Translations under genes and position numbers: made by a program | The notes under the pieces: model-generated | The model's input: only the letters and a program-made list of their open reading frames with translations | Told to the model about the DNA's origin: nothing | Database searches by the model: none | Shown: piece by piece, positions 49,819 through 59,401 of the stretch | Position numbering within the stretch: position 1 is the first letter of the stretch | Layout of the letters: each line of letters starts with the position of its first letter | Source: Candidatus Limnocylindria bacterium | GTDB lineage: Bacteria; Chloroflexota; Limnocylindria; P2-11E | Direction: 5' to 3' | DNA: 64,000 nucleotides | NCBI GenBank assembly: GCA_036523395.1 | Contig: DATDEH010000072.1 | Coordinates: forward strand, 8,441-72,440

Positions 49819-51312
49819 CTAACTCTTGCTGTCGGCCTCCATGGCCTTGGCGATCGAAGCGAGGAATTCCTTGTTCGTCTTCGTCTTGCCGAGCCGCTGC
49901 AGCAGAAGCTCGGTGCCTTCGATCTGACCGACCGCCGAGAGCATCTTGCGCAGCAGGATCACCTGCTTCATGACCTCGGGCGAGAGGAGCATTTCCTCGC
50001 GGCGCGTGCCCGACGCTGGGATGTTGATCGCCGGGAACGTGCGGCGTTCCTGCAGCTTGCGGTCAAGGATCATCTCGGAGTTTCCGGTGCCCTTGAACTC
50101 TTCGTAGATCACGTCGTCCATACGGCTGCCGGTGTCGACGAGACAGGTCGCGAAGATCGAGAGCGATCCGGCGGCCTGCCCGTTCGCGCCCTCGATGTTG
50201 CGGGCCGCACCGAAGAAGCGCTTCGGCGGGTAGAGCGCGACCGGGTCCATGCCACCGGAGAGCGTTCGGCCGGAAGGCGGGACGGCGAGGTTGTACGCGC
50301 GCGCCAGTCGCGTCACGGAGTCGAGGAGGATCGCGACGTCGCGTCCCGTCTCGACGAGTCGCTTCGCGCGCTCGAGCGCAAGCTCTGCGACGCGCGTGTG
50401 GTTCTCCGTCGGCTCGTCGAAGGTGGACGAGAACACCTCGCCCTTGATCGAGCGGCGGATGTCCGTCACTTCCTCAGGTCGCTCGCCGACGAGCACGACC
50501 ATGATGTGTACGTCGGGATGGTTGCCCGCGATGCCGTTCGCGATGTCCTTGAGCAGCGTCGTCTTGCCAGCCTTCGGTGGCGACACGATGAGCGCGCGCT
50601 GTCCGAAGCCGAGGGGATTCACGAGGTTGATGAGCCGCTGGCTGAGGTTTGCGCCCTCGATCTCGAGGTCGAACATCTCGTCGGGGAACACCGGCGTGAG
50701 CGCCTCGAAGAGCGGTCGCCGTTTCGCGACCTCGGGGTCGACGCCATTGACGGCCTCGACGCGCAGCAGGCTGAAGTACTTCTCATTGTCTTTCGGTGGT
50801 CTGGTCTGCCCGGTGACGTAGTCGCCAGTACGCAGACCAAGACGGCGCACCTGACTCGAGCCGACGTACACGTCGTCGGGTGAGGGAAGGAGGCTGCGGC
50901 GCCTGAGGAAGCCGAAGCCGTCCTCGACGATCTCGAGGATGCCCTGGGCGAAGATGTTCCCCTGGGCCTCGGTCTGCGCCTGAAGGATGCGGGTGATGAG
51001 CTCCGGTTTGAGCGTCGCGGGTGTGATGTCAGTGACGCCGAACTCCTTGGCGATCGCCAGCATCTCCTTCGGCTTCGCCTCGTTCAGCTCTGTGATCGTG
51101 TAGTACTTGCGCACGCTCGCTTCGCTCGCTGAACCGGGGCCCCCACCCCGGGGCGCCGGCGGTGGCGCTTCGCGGCGCGTGGCCGGTGCGGCGGGCCCGT
51201 TCGTCGGGCCGTTGCTGGGACCGCCCGCGCCATTCGTTTCGCTGGTCGTGGGGGTCGCCGCCGCGGTGGGGCTCGGTTCGGGTGTCTGTGGTTGGGTGGG
51301 CTCTGGGGTGTC
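49819..51312 (-). CDS. rho: Transcription termination factor Rho with a Pro/Thr/Gly-rich disordered N-terminal extension
   Basis: Rho_N, a cold-shock-like RNA-binding domain, then P-loop GKTTLLKDIANGIA, Q- and R-loops. The start is uncertain: TTG at 51312 with AAGGAG 11 nt upstream is the first plausible start that does not overlap the divergent gene. Confidence 0.82.
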   Translation of the reverse strand, partial: DTPEPTQPQTPEPSPTAAATPTTSETNGAGGPSNGPTNGPAAPATRREAPPPAPRGGGPGSASEASVRKYYTITELNEAKPKEMLAIAKEFGVTDITPATLKPELITRILQAQTEAQGNIFAQGILEIVEDGFGFLRRRSLLPSPDDVYVGSSQVRRLGLRTGDYVTGQTRPPKDNEKYFSLLRVEAVNGVDPEVAKRRPLFEALTPVFPDEMFDLEIEGANLSQRLINLVNPLGFGQRALIVSPPKAGKTTLLKDIANGIAGNHPDVHIMVVLVGERPEEVTDIRRSIKGEVFSSTFDEPTENHTRVAELALERAKRLVETGRDVAILLDSVTRLARAYNLAVPPSGRTLSGGMDPVALYPPKRFFGAARNIEGANGQAAGSLSIFATCLVDTGSRMDDVIYEEFKGTGNSEMILDRKLQERRTFPAINIPASGTRREEMLLSPEVMKQVILLRKMLSAVGQIEGTELLLQRLGKTKTNKEFLASIAKAMEADSKS

Positions 51313-51452
51313 CAAGCGGTGTGTTGCTCCTTGCTGGTGTGTGCTGGCGCTACTGCTTACGTCCTGTGAGGACCGGGGGGCGCATTCGAGGTGCGCTCGC
51401 GCCCGGCAGAAGCCAATAGGGGAAAAGTCGCTATAGGACAGTATACAGCGTC

Positions 51453-52594
51453 GTGAAGCCGATCTCCTCTCCGCTTGCCGACGAGCTGATCCAACTCTCC
51501 CGCGAGATCCATGCCGATCCGGAGCTCGCCTATCAGGAGCGTCGCGCCGCAGCACGGATCGCGGCGCTGCTTCAGCGCCACGGGCACGAGGTTCAGATGG
51601 GTATCGGTGGCCTCGAGACGGCACTTCGGGCCCGCGTGGGTCCGCCCGGCCCTTCGGTCGCGCTCATCGCGGAGTACGACGCGCTTGCGGGAGTCGGCCA
51701 CGGCTGTGGTCACAACCTTATCGCCATGACGAACGTCGGCGCGTTCTTGCATGCGGCGGCCGAGGACGATATCGGGATGGCCATCGAGCTCATCGGCACG
51801 CCTGCGGAAGAGGACGGTGGCGGGAAGATCGACCTGCTCGGCGCAGGGGTGTTCGACGACGTCGCGTTCGCGCTTTCGAGCCATCCCGCGGCGCAGGGGA
51901 GCTGGGGCGTGAGCGGCACGGGCCTCGGCATCGTCGGCAAGCGCGTCATCTACCGCGGAGCGGCGTCCCACGCCGGCTCGTCGCCCGAGCGCGGACGGAA
52001 CGCGCTCAACGGAGTGATCCGTCTCTTCACCGGCATCGATGCCTGGAGGCAGCATCTCCCGCCCGACAGTCGCGTGCACGGGATCATCACGCACGGCGGC
52101 GATGCGGTGAACGTGATCCCGCGCGCGCCGAGGCGAAGTTCGGGCTGCGCGCGAAGGATCTCGCGACCCTGCAGGCGATGGTCGCGACGTTCACCGATGT
52201 CGTGCAGGGTGCGGCGCTCGAGACCGGCACCACAGCGGAGATCACCGACTATCTGCCGCTCTACGCGCCGGTCGCCGCGGATCTCCGGCTCGGTGACGTC
52301 GTCGCCGAAGAGCTGCGGCGTCGCGGCGTCGACGCGGAGCGCGGCGTCCTGGTGACCGCATCGACCGATCTCGGCAACGTGTCGCAGAAGGTGCCGACCG
52401 ACTGGATCCGGTTCCCAGTGACGGAGCGTCCGATCGCGGGGCACTCCGATGCGATGCGCGACGCGAGCGCGAGCGACCTCGCCCACCGGAACGCGCTGCT
52501 CGTCGCAGACGCGCTGGGCGCAGCGGCGCACCGGGTCGCATCGGATGCGTCGCTTCGCCGATCGATCCAGGATGGCGCGAAGGTGATGGCATGA
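51453..52594 (+). pseudogene. AbgB-like M20D amidohydrolase interrupted by a +1/-1 frameshift near 52112-52125
   Basis: ORF 51453-52355 matches the downstream paralogue up to ...NVIPRAP. The remainder (ERAEAKFGLRAKDLATLQAMVATFTDVV...KVMA) continues in another frame (track ORF 52178-52594). The shift falls in a CGCGCGCGCC run. Confidence 0.6.
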
Positions 52595-53712
52595 GGGCCG
52601 ACGCGCTGCGCACGGAGCTGGTCGCGCTCTCACGCGCGATCCACAGCACCCCGGAGCTCGCATATCAGGAGCGAACCGCGGTGAAGAACATCGCCGCGCT
52701 CCTCGCGAGTCACGGCCACAGGGTCGAACAGCAGCTCGGCGGCGTCGAGACCGCCTTCCGCGCGCGGGTCGGACCCGCGGGTCCTGCCGTCGCCCTCCTT
52801 GCCGAGTACGACGCCCTACCGGAGATCGGGCACGCCTGCGGACACAACCTCATCGCGATGTCGAACGTCGGCGCGTTCCTCTTGGTCGCGGAGCGCGCGA
52901 AGGAGCTGAAGGTCGGCGTCGAGCTGATCGGCACACCGGCCGAGGAGAGCGGCGGCGGCAAGATCGACCTTATCGACGCCGGCGTCTTCGGCGAGTCGGT
53001 CGCGGTCCTCTCGTCGCACCCGTCGGGCGATCCGGACTGGGAGTTCGGCGGGAGCTCGCTGGGCGTCGTCACCAAACGCGTGACCTTCCACGGTGTTGCC
53101 GCGCACGCGGCGTTCTCGCCGCACCTCGGTCGCAACGCGCTCTCTGCGGCGATCCGGCTCTTCGTCGCGATCGACGGGTGGCGGCAGCACCTGCCCGCCG
53201 ACACGCGCGTCCACGGGATCATCACCAAAGGCGGCGCGGCGCAGAACATCATCCCGGAGCTCGCCGAGTGCGACATCGGCCTTCGTGCCGCTACCAAGGA
53301 GCAGCTCGACGCGATGCAGCGCACCTTCGCGGAGATGGCAAAGGGTGCCGCGATGCAGACGGGAACGACCGTGGACATCGTCGATGACATGCGCATGTAC
53401 GCGCCGGTGAAGCCGAGCGCGCAGGTCGGCGACCTCCTGGCGGATGAGCTGAAGCGCCGCGACCTTCCGACCGTGCGGGGCAAATTCGTCCTCGCGTCGA
53501 CCGATTTTGGCAACGTGTCGCAGGTGGCACCGGCGGACTACATCGGGTTCCCGGTCAGCGAGGAGTCGATCCCCGGCCACTCGCATGTGATGCGCGACTC
53601 GTCGGCGACGGACCTTGCCCATCGAAACGCGATGATCACGGCGGAGATCCTTGCCGCCGCCGCGGTGCGCATCGCGACCGACTCCGCCTTAAGGGAGCGG
53701 CTGCGGGGCTAG
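52591..53712 (+). CDS. M20D-family amidohydrolase (AbgB/HipO-like)
   Basis: 373 aa, intact (GHACGHNLIA...GTPAEESGGGKI...HAAFSPHLGRNAL). Tandem paralogue of the upstream gene, with an ATGA overlap. Confidence 0.85.
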   Translation: MRADALRTELVALSRAIHSTPELAYQERTAVKNIAALLASHGHRVEQQLGGVETAFRARVGPAGPAVALLAEYDALPEIGHACGHNLIAMSNVGAFLLVAERAKELKVGVELIGTPAEESGGGKIDLIDAGVFGESVAVLSSHPSGDPDWEFGGSSLGVVTKRVTFHGVAAHAAFSPHLGRNALSAAIRLFVAIDGWRQHLPADTRVHGIITKGGAAQNIIPELAECDIGLRAATKEQLDAMQRTFAEMAKGAAMQTGTTVDIVDDMRMYAPVKPSAQVGDLLADELKRRDLPTVRGKFVLASTDFGNVSQVAPADYIGFPVSEESIPGHSHVMRDSSATDLAHRNAMITAEILAAAAVRIATDSALRERLRG

Positions 53713-53728
53713 CGCTACCCTCGCACTC

Positions 53729-54679
53729 GTGGCCGGCCCGATCACCAACGACACGACGCATCCTGTGCCACGCATCCCGCAGGGCGGCCGCGTTCTCGAG
53801 TTCGACTTCCCGGGCCTCGAGGTCGGCGCGGCCCAGTACGCGGAAGGACCGACGGGCTGCACCGTTTTCCACTTCCCGAAGATCGCGTCGATGCAGATCG
53901 ACGTGCGCGGTGGATCGCCGGGGATCAATGGCGAGTACCTCACGGTCATCAACGCGATCTGCTTCGCCGGCGGCTCGCTCTATGGGCTGGAGGCGTCGAC
54001 GGGCGTGGCCGCCGAGCTCTTCGCGAAGCGCGGCTACTCCACGAAATTGACGGACATCGCGCTCGTCTCCGGCGCGATCATCTTCGACTACCGCCGGCGC
54101 CAGAACGCGATCTATCCCGACAAGGAGCTGGGCCGCGCGGCCGTGCGCGCGCTGCGACCGGGTGCCTTCCCGATGGGTGCGGTCGGCGCCGGCTGCTCTG
54201 CCACCGCCGGCCACGGCGACTCGGCGGAGCTTTCGGGACAGGGCGGCGCGTTCCGCGTCGTCGGCAAGACGCGCATCGCGGTGTTCACCGTCGTGAATGC
54301 GTATGGAGCGATCGTCGACCGCGCGGGAAAGGTCGTGCGCGGGAACCGCGACGTCCAGGGTCGGCGCCAGCATGCGGCCGACATCGTGAGCGCCACCGGC
54401 GCGTACTACCCGCCGGCCGAGCCGCGCTCGCGCAACACGACGCTGACGTGCGTCGTGACCGACCAACGACTCGACGCGCTGCAGCTGCGATCGATCGCAC
54501 GACAGGTGCACGCGTCGATGGCGCGCGCGATCCAGCCATTCCACGCGCGATGGGACGGCGACATCCTGTACGCGTGCTCGACGCAAGCCGTGGACGATCC
54601 TGCACTCGATGAGGTCAGCCTCGGTGTCGTCGCCTCAGAGCTGGCGTGGGATGCGGTGCTCGCGTGTTACGACGAATAG
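53729..54679 (+). CDS. P1-family (DmpA/S58, L-aminopeptidase/D-esterase-like) peptidase
   Basis: 316 aa with GPTGCTVF...GGSPG...NTTLTCVVTD (Ntn-hydrolase-type self-processing region). Confidence 0.78.
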   Translation: MAGPITNDTTHPVPRIPQGGRVLEFDFPGLEVGAAQYAEGPTGCTVFHFPKIASMQIDVRGGSPGINGEYLTVINAICFAGGSLYGLEASTGVAAELFAKRGYSTKLTDIALVSGAIIFDYRRRQNAIYPDKELGRAAVRALRPGAFPMGAVGAGCSATAGHGDSAELSGQGGAFRVVGKTRIAVFTVVNAYGAIVDRAGKVVRGNRDVQGRRQHAADIVSATGAYYPPAEPRSRNTTLTCVVTDQRLDALQLRSIARQVHASMARAIQPFHARWDGDILYACSTQAVDDPALDEVSLGVVASELAWDAVLACYDE

Positions 54680-55134
54680 CCGTTGCACTACCGCTGCTCC
54701 TGGCGATCGCGTGCCAGCACGTGCAGCTGCCGTCAGCGCTGAGCACACAGCCACCACCGCAGCTGCCACTCCAGCTCGAGATCCCGGACGGCTACCGTGG
54801 CTACGTCGTGCTGCAGTACGCGCTCGACTCGTGCGCGGTCCTGCCGCGGCGCGGCGGCTTCACCGTCATCCGCTTCGGCGACGATGGACGCGCGTGCACT
54901 TCGGAGACGACCGTCGCGACGACGCTCAAAGACACCGCGTTCTACGTCGCGCCGAACGGCGAGCACACCGGCGAGCTCCTCGGCTTCGACGTGAACTTCG
55001 AACAGCGGCAGGAGGCGACCCACCGGATCATCGGCATGGTCTTCGCGGTCGCGCCGGATCCGCTCGTGATCCGGGCGATCGAACAGTGCCGCTGGGAAAA
55101 CGCGAAATGCTTCGAGGGCATTCGCTCGCGCTGA
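54664..55134 (+). CDS. Hypothetical lipoprotein
   Basis: Signal peptide VLRRIAVALPLLLAIAC (lipobox LAIAC). No recognisable domain. Overlaps the end of the peptidase gene. Confidence 0.5.
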   Translation: MLRRIAVALPLLLAIACQHVQLPSALSTQPPPQLPLQLEIPDGYRGYVVLQYALDSCAVLPRRGGFTVIRFGDDGRACTSETTVATTLKDTAFYVAPNGEHTGELLGFDVNFEQRQEATHRIIGMVFAVAPDPLVIRAIEQCRWENAKCFEGIRSR

Positions 55135-55198
55135 CCATGCCCCGAATGGACACAGCTCTGATGCGCATACGAGCCTGGCGTACGTTGGTATAGAAGGT

Positions 55199-56890
55199 AT
55201 GCGTGCACTGACCGCTCTCGCAGCCCTTGCCGTGCTGTTGATCTCGTGCAGCACACCGGAGCCGTCGCGTCCGAGCGACCCTCCCGCGTCATCGGCGCGC
55301 ACCGCGCCGCCGACCGGTCCGGTCCTTTCGAAGCTCCCCGTCGCGGCGAAGTTCGGCGAGCAGGGCATCCGCGTGTCGCCGAACGGGGAGCTGGTGCTCG
55401 TCGTCGAGCGCGAGGGTTTCGTGCACACGATCTACGACCTCGGGGGACGGACCCTCGCCAGCCTGAAGCTCGGCGAGATCGGGATGAATCCGTTCTGGCT
55501 GCCCGACTCGTCGGGCGTCCTTATCGGACGACGCATCGAGAAGGAACCGGGCGGCGCGTATCTCCTCGACATCTCGGTCCTCGAGCCTGATGGGAGCGAG
55601 CACGCCCTCGCGCATCGCGTCGGCTACCCGCGCGCAGAAGGTCAGCTGGTCTCACCCGATGGCGCCTACCTCGCGTTCGACACGCCCTGCTGTCCGTCGA
55701 CGGTCATCGCGATCCCGCGCGTGGGTGGCGCGCCGCGCGAGCTCGCGACCGCGTCCGCGCAGCTGCACGTCCTCAGCTGGGACGCGGACGGTCATGTCGT
55801 GTACTGGGCGGGCGGTGACGCGCTGGACGCCGCCGGACTAGACGGAAGCCACTATCGCGTCCCGCTCGGACTTCCGGGCGGGGTGCATGCACTGGACATC
55901 GCGCCCGGCGCCCGCACCACTGACGGCGCGGCGACCGTGTTCTCCATCCAGGCCGACGGTCCGTTCCCCGGCACGGTGCAGAACAACGTCGCGGACCGCA
56001 CGCTGGTCGCCCGCGAGCTGCGCGCGTATCCGTCCGGCGTGCCGCTGTATATCCGGCTCAGCGCCCACGAAGCGCTGACCTACGCGATCGGAGGCGCACT
56101 CGGCGCATACGACATCACCACGGGGATCACGCGGCCGCTCGTGACGATCGCCGATGACGACGGCGGTCAACCCACGACGATGTCCGGCGCGATCCTCGTG
56201 GCCACCCCGGGCCGCACGTGGGTGCGTGTTCTCGACATCGAACACGACGATGAGTGGCACGAAGCCGACGTCGGGCGGCTGCTGCAGACCGCCGGTTATG
56301 CGCTGTCGCGCGGCCGTTTCTTGGTGTTCGATGAGGACGGCACCCCGTATGTGCTGGACGGGATCGCCGCGCGAGCCGCGCCCGCACGCCCACAGGTCAC
56401 GGCGACGTCTGTGAACACCGCCGTCGGGACCATCCGCGTTGCGAGGAACGCCTCCGTCGGTCGGAAGATGGAGCTCGCGTGGCGCATGAAGGATGGCGCG
56501 CCGCAGTCGCTGGACTATCTGGGCGCGAGCCTTGTCCTCGTGTCGACATGGACGCGACCGTGCGTGGTGTGCACGCAGCAGCTCGCGCTGCTCTCCGATG
56601 TCACGGTCGGCTCGCGGATCGAGATCATCGCGATCGGCGTGGACGAGACCGAGGCGTCGGCGCTCGACGTGGCCAAGGACTACCGGCGCCTCCGACCGCT
56701 CATCGGCAGCACCAGCGTCTTGAAGGACATCTCGCCGGGCCTTCTGCCGCAAACGTTCGTGCTCGACAGCGATCACATCGTGCGGCAGGTCATCTTCGGT
56801 CCAGTCACCTGGGACGACTTGGTGCGCGCGCTGACGGCGGCGTCGAAGAGTCGGCTAGCGCTCCGCGATGGGGATGTAGCGCTTTCCTGA
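55199..56890 (+). CDS. Lipoprotein with a TolB-like beta-propeller region fused to a C-terminal TlpA/ResA-like thioredoxin (redoxin) domain
   Basis: Lipobox LLISCS. Repeated SPDG...L/SWDADG beta-propeller-like blades. C-terminal WTRPCVVC (CxxC) in a redoxin-like fold. Confidence 0.68.
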   Translation: MRALTALAALAVLLISCSTPEPSRPSDPPASSARTAPPTGPVLSKLPVAAKFGEQGIRVSPNGELVLVVEREGFVHTIYDLGGRTLASLKLGEIGMNPFWLPDSSGVLIGRRIEKEPGGAYLLDISVLEPDGSEHALAHRVGYPRAEGQLVSPDGAYLAFDTPCCPSTVIAIPRVGGAPRELATASAQLHVLSWDADGHVVYWAGGDALDAAGLDGSHYRVPLGLPGGVHALDIAPGARTTDGAATVFSIQADGPFPGTVQNNVADRTLVARELRAYPSGVPLYIRLSAHEALTYAIGGALGAYDITTGITRPLVTIADDDGGQPTTMSGAILVATPGRTWVRVLDIEHDDEWHEADVGRLLQTAGYALSRGRFLVFDEDGTPYVLDGIAARAAPARPQVTATSVNTAVGTIRVARNASVGRKMELAWRMKDGAPQSLDYLGASLVLVSTWTRPCVVCTQQLALLSDVTVGSRIEIIAIGVDETEASALDVAKDYRRLRPLIGSTSVLKDISPGLLPQTFVLDSDHIVRQVIFGPVTWDDLVRALTAASKSRLALRDGDVALS

Positions 56891-58015
56891 GGGTCCGGTG
56901 TACTCGGACTCAGGCCGGATGAGCCGATTGTCGCCGTGCTGCTCCATGATGTGCGCGCTCCAGCCGGCGATGCGTCCGAGCGCGAAGATCGACGTGCCGA
57001 GATCGGCGGGGATGCCTAGGAACGTGTAGGTCGTCGCTGCGTAGTAGTCGACGTTCACGACGTTGACCTTCGCGGCGGCGCTCGGTGACATCTTCGGTCG
57101 CCGATCGGCGATCGCTTTCGCCAGTCGCTCCTGGATCTCGAAGTACGGCTTGCCCTTCCATCCCTTCGAGAGCTCCATCGCGAAACGTCGTAGGTACTTG
57201 CCGCGGGGGTCCTCCGTGAGATAGACGCGGTGCCCGAAGCCCGAGAACTTGTACTTCGTCGCGATGGCCTTGTCGACGAACGTTTCGACATGATCGGGCG
57301 ACCCGATCTCATCGAGCATCTTCATCGTGCCGTCCGTCGCGCCGCCGTGCAGCGGGCCCTTGAGGGCGCCGAATGCCGCAGTGACGGCTGCGTGCATGTC
57401 CGCGTTCGTGCCTGCGACGACGCGCGCGGTGAAGGTCGATGCGTTGAGGCCGTGCTCTGCCTGCAGGATGAAGCAGGTGTTGAGGATCTCCGCGGCACGC
57501 GGGTGGACGTCGACGCCGGCCATGTGCGCGAAGTTCGCGGCATGGTCGAGCGATGGGTCCGGAGGGATCGGCTGTTCCCCGCGGCGGCGCCGCATGTAGC
57601 TGGCGAGGATCGTCGGCAGCTTCGCGGTGAGCCGGATCGCCTTCCGGTACTCGGCTTCCTGGGAGTTGTCGCCCTCGGCGGGGTCCTCGACGGCGGAGGC
57701 AGAGGTGACCGTGCGGAGAACGTCCATTGCCGTACCGCTCTCGGACATCTCCTGCAGGATCTGACGCAGGAAGGGCGAGAGCGTGCGGTGCTTCACCAGC
57801 TCCGCCTTGAAGGCCCGGAGCTGTTCCTTCGTCGGCAGGTCGCCGTTCAGCAACAGGTAAGCGACCTCCTCGTATTCGGCCTTCGTGGCGAGCTCGTCGA
57901 TCGAGTAGCCGCGGTAGACGAGGCTGTTGTCCTCCACCTTGCAGATCGCCGTCGTGGTCGCAACGACGCCCTCGAGCCCGCGTGTGGGGGCCTTCATGCG
58001 GCTTTCGTCGGTCAT
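56855..58015 (-). CDS. gltA: Citrate synthase (short, type I-like / 2-methylcitrate synthase-like)
   Basis: ATG at 58015 (MTDESRMKAPTRGLEG...). Motifs GYSIDELA...HGGA...GFGHRVY...DYY. Confidence 0.9.
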   Translation of the reverse strand: MTDESRMKAPTRGLEGVVATTTAICKVEDNSLVYRGYSIDELATKAEYEEVAYLLLNGDLPTKEQLRAFKAELVKHRTLSPFLRQILQEMSESGTAMDVLRTVTSASAVEDPAEGDNSQEAEYRKAIRLTAKLPTILASYMRRRRGEQPIPPDPSLDHAANFAHMAGVDVHPRAAEILNTCFILQAEHGLNASTFTARVVAGTNADMHAAVTAAFGALKGPLHGGATDGTMKMLDEIGSPDHVETFVDKAIATKYKFSGFGHRVYLTEDPRGKYLRRFAMELSKGWKGKPYFEIQERLAKAIADRRPKMSPSAAAKVNVVNVDYYAATTYTFLGIPADLGTSIFALGRIAGWSAHIMEQHGDNRLIRPESEYTGPSGKRYIPIAER

Positions 58016-58389
58016 TGTTCGAGTGTCGCATAAAGGTGTCGGTCGACCCTCTTGGTGCTTGCCCACCCGCCTTGCCTACTTGCATTAGCCGGAGAAGCCG
58101 GAGTACAGTCGCGCCATCAGGGTCAGTCGTCACTAAACCCTGTGGGGAGGACGAAACGGACGCGGCGAGGCCGCGTTAGGCACCTTGGGGTGCCCGCTAG
58201 AACTGAAAGCCCCTCATCCCACCCACCAGCGGAGGGCGGCGGCCATCGGGCCGGCGCCCTTTCGCTATCTTGGCCGGAGGAACGGTGAAGGCAGGAGCTG
58301 CAGTTCCAGAGCGTCGTCCCCGCGTCCCGCGCGACACATATCGAGCGACAGCACGCTCGGTGGGCATCGCGCCGCGTCTCCGCAAACGC

Positions 58390-59373
58390 ATGCCTCTCTT
58401 CGACGCGGCGATCCTCATCCTCGCCGGTGTCTTCCTCCTCCTGACCGGCCCGGTCATCGGCTCCGCCATCGGCGACGGGATCCGCCAGATCACGGCGAGA
58501 GTCGGCGAGTCGATCGGCGGTCAACTCGGAAGTGGCCAGATCGAGCTGCCGGCTGGCGGCGGCAACGTCGTGAGTGCGGAGCCGGTCATCAACGGCCTGC
58601 CTGACTTCACGCGCGACTCGGAGCTGCAGATCTCCGGCCGCGTCCCGTCATTCGCGATCGCGCCGGGGCGCAGCGTCGAGATCGTGCTGAACGCCGCGGT
58701 CATCGCCAACGCGGAGCTCGATCCGACCGGCACATTCGCCGCAACGCTCACGCTGAAAGACGGAGCGAACGCGATCGGCCTCACGCTCCTCTCCGGTAAG
58801 GACGTCATCGCGCGCTCCGCCTACACCGTCATCCTCGACAAGCAACCGCCGACGCTCGACGTGCTCGGACCTGCGAACGGCGCGCTAGTCGAGGGACCGA
58901 ACGTCGTCGTGCAGGGGAAGGCCGAGGTCGGCGCGTCCGTGACGGTCAACGGTCGGACCATCGTGCCCGCTCAGGACGGCTCGTTCAGCGAATCGTTCAC
59001 GCCGCCGGTCGGCCCGGTCGCGATCACGGTGGTCGCGCGTGACCGTGCGGGGAACGAAACGACGGTGAAGGCGAATGTGACCCTGCGGGCGCCGACCGTC
59101 TCCGCAACGCTCGTCACGGTGACGCTCGATCGCGTGAAGGTGCGACCGGGTGAGATCGTCGGTGCGCAGATACGCGTGACCGAGAATGGCATCCCGAAGG
59201 GCGGTGCGCTGGCGACGCTGTCGGTCGGCGTCGTCACGATCGGCAGCTCCGCGACGGATGCCTTCGGCAACACCCGCATCTCCTTCGCGGCACCGCCGAA
59301 CGAGGGCGACGCCGCGGTGGTGGTGTTCGCGGCCGGCTCGTCAGGAAGGACCGTGCTCACCGTCGCACGCTGA
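58390..59373 (+). CDS. Membrane-anchored protein with tandem Ig-like (Big-type) domains
   Basis: ATG at 58390. N-terminal TM helix (LFDAAILILAGVFLLLTGPVIGSAIG), then beta-rich repeats (VVVQGKAEVGASVTVNGRTI...). Confidence 0.62.
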   Translation: MPLFDAAILILAGVFLLLTGPVIGSAIGDGIRQITARVGESIGGQLGSGQIELPAGGGNVVSAEPVINGLPDFTRDSELQISGRVPSFAIAPGRSVEIVLNAAVIANAELDPTGTFAATLTLKDGANAIGLTLLSGKDVIARSAYTVILDKQPPTLDVLGPANGALVEGPNVVVQGKAEVGASVTVNGRTIVPAQDGSFSESFTPPVGPVAITVVARDRAGNETTVKANVTLRAPTVSATLVTVTLDRVKVRPGEIVGAQIRVTENGIPKGGALATLSVGVVTIGSSATDAFGNTRISFAAPPNEGDAAVVVFAAGSSGRTVLTVAR

Positions 59374-59401
59374 GCGCGCGCTGCCCGGCGATACTGCGCC
59401 G

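Noticed and set aside
51313-51624. Long 5' extension of the rho ORF (track start 51624)
   Set aside because: It would overlap the divergent amidohydrolase gene starting at 51453. It encodes Arg-rich low-complexity sequence and contains no in-frame ATG/GTG/TTG between 51453 and 51312.
58016-58035. tRNA-like T-loop motif GTTCGAGT
   Set aside because: The flanking bases cannot form a T-stem and no acceptor or anticodon arms are present. It is within the citrate synthase start region. No tRNA was recognised anywhere in the window.
58123-58604. ORFs 58185-58604 (+) and 58123-58524 (-) inside the long intergenic region
   Set aside because: They have Arg/Pro-rich composition and no RBS or domains. 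The real downstream gene starts at ATG 58390 with a TM helix.
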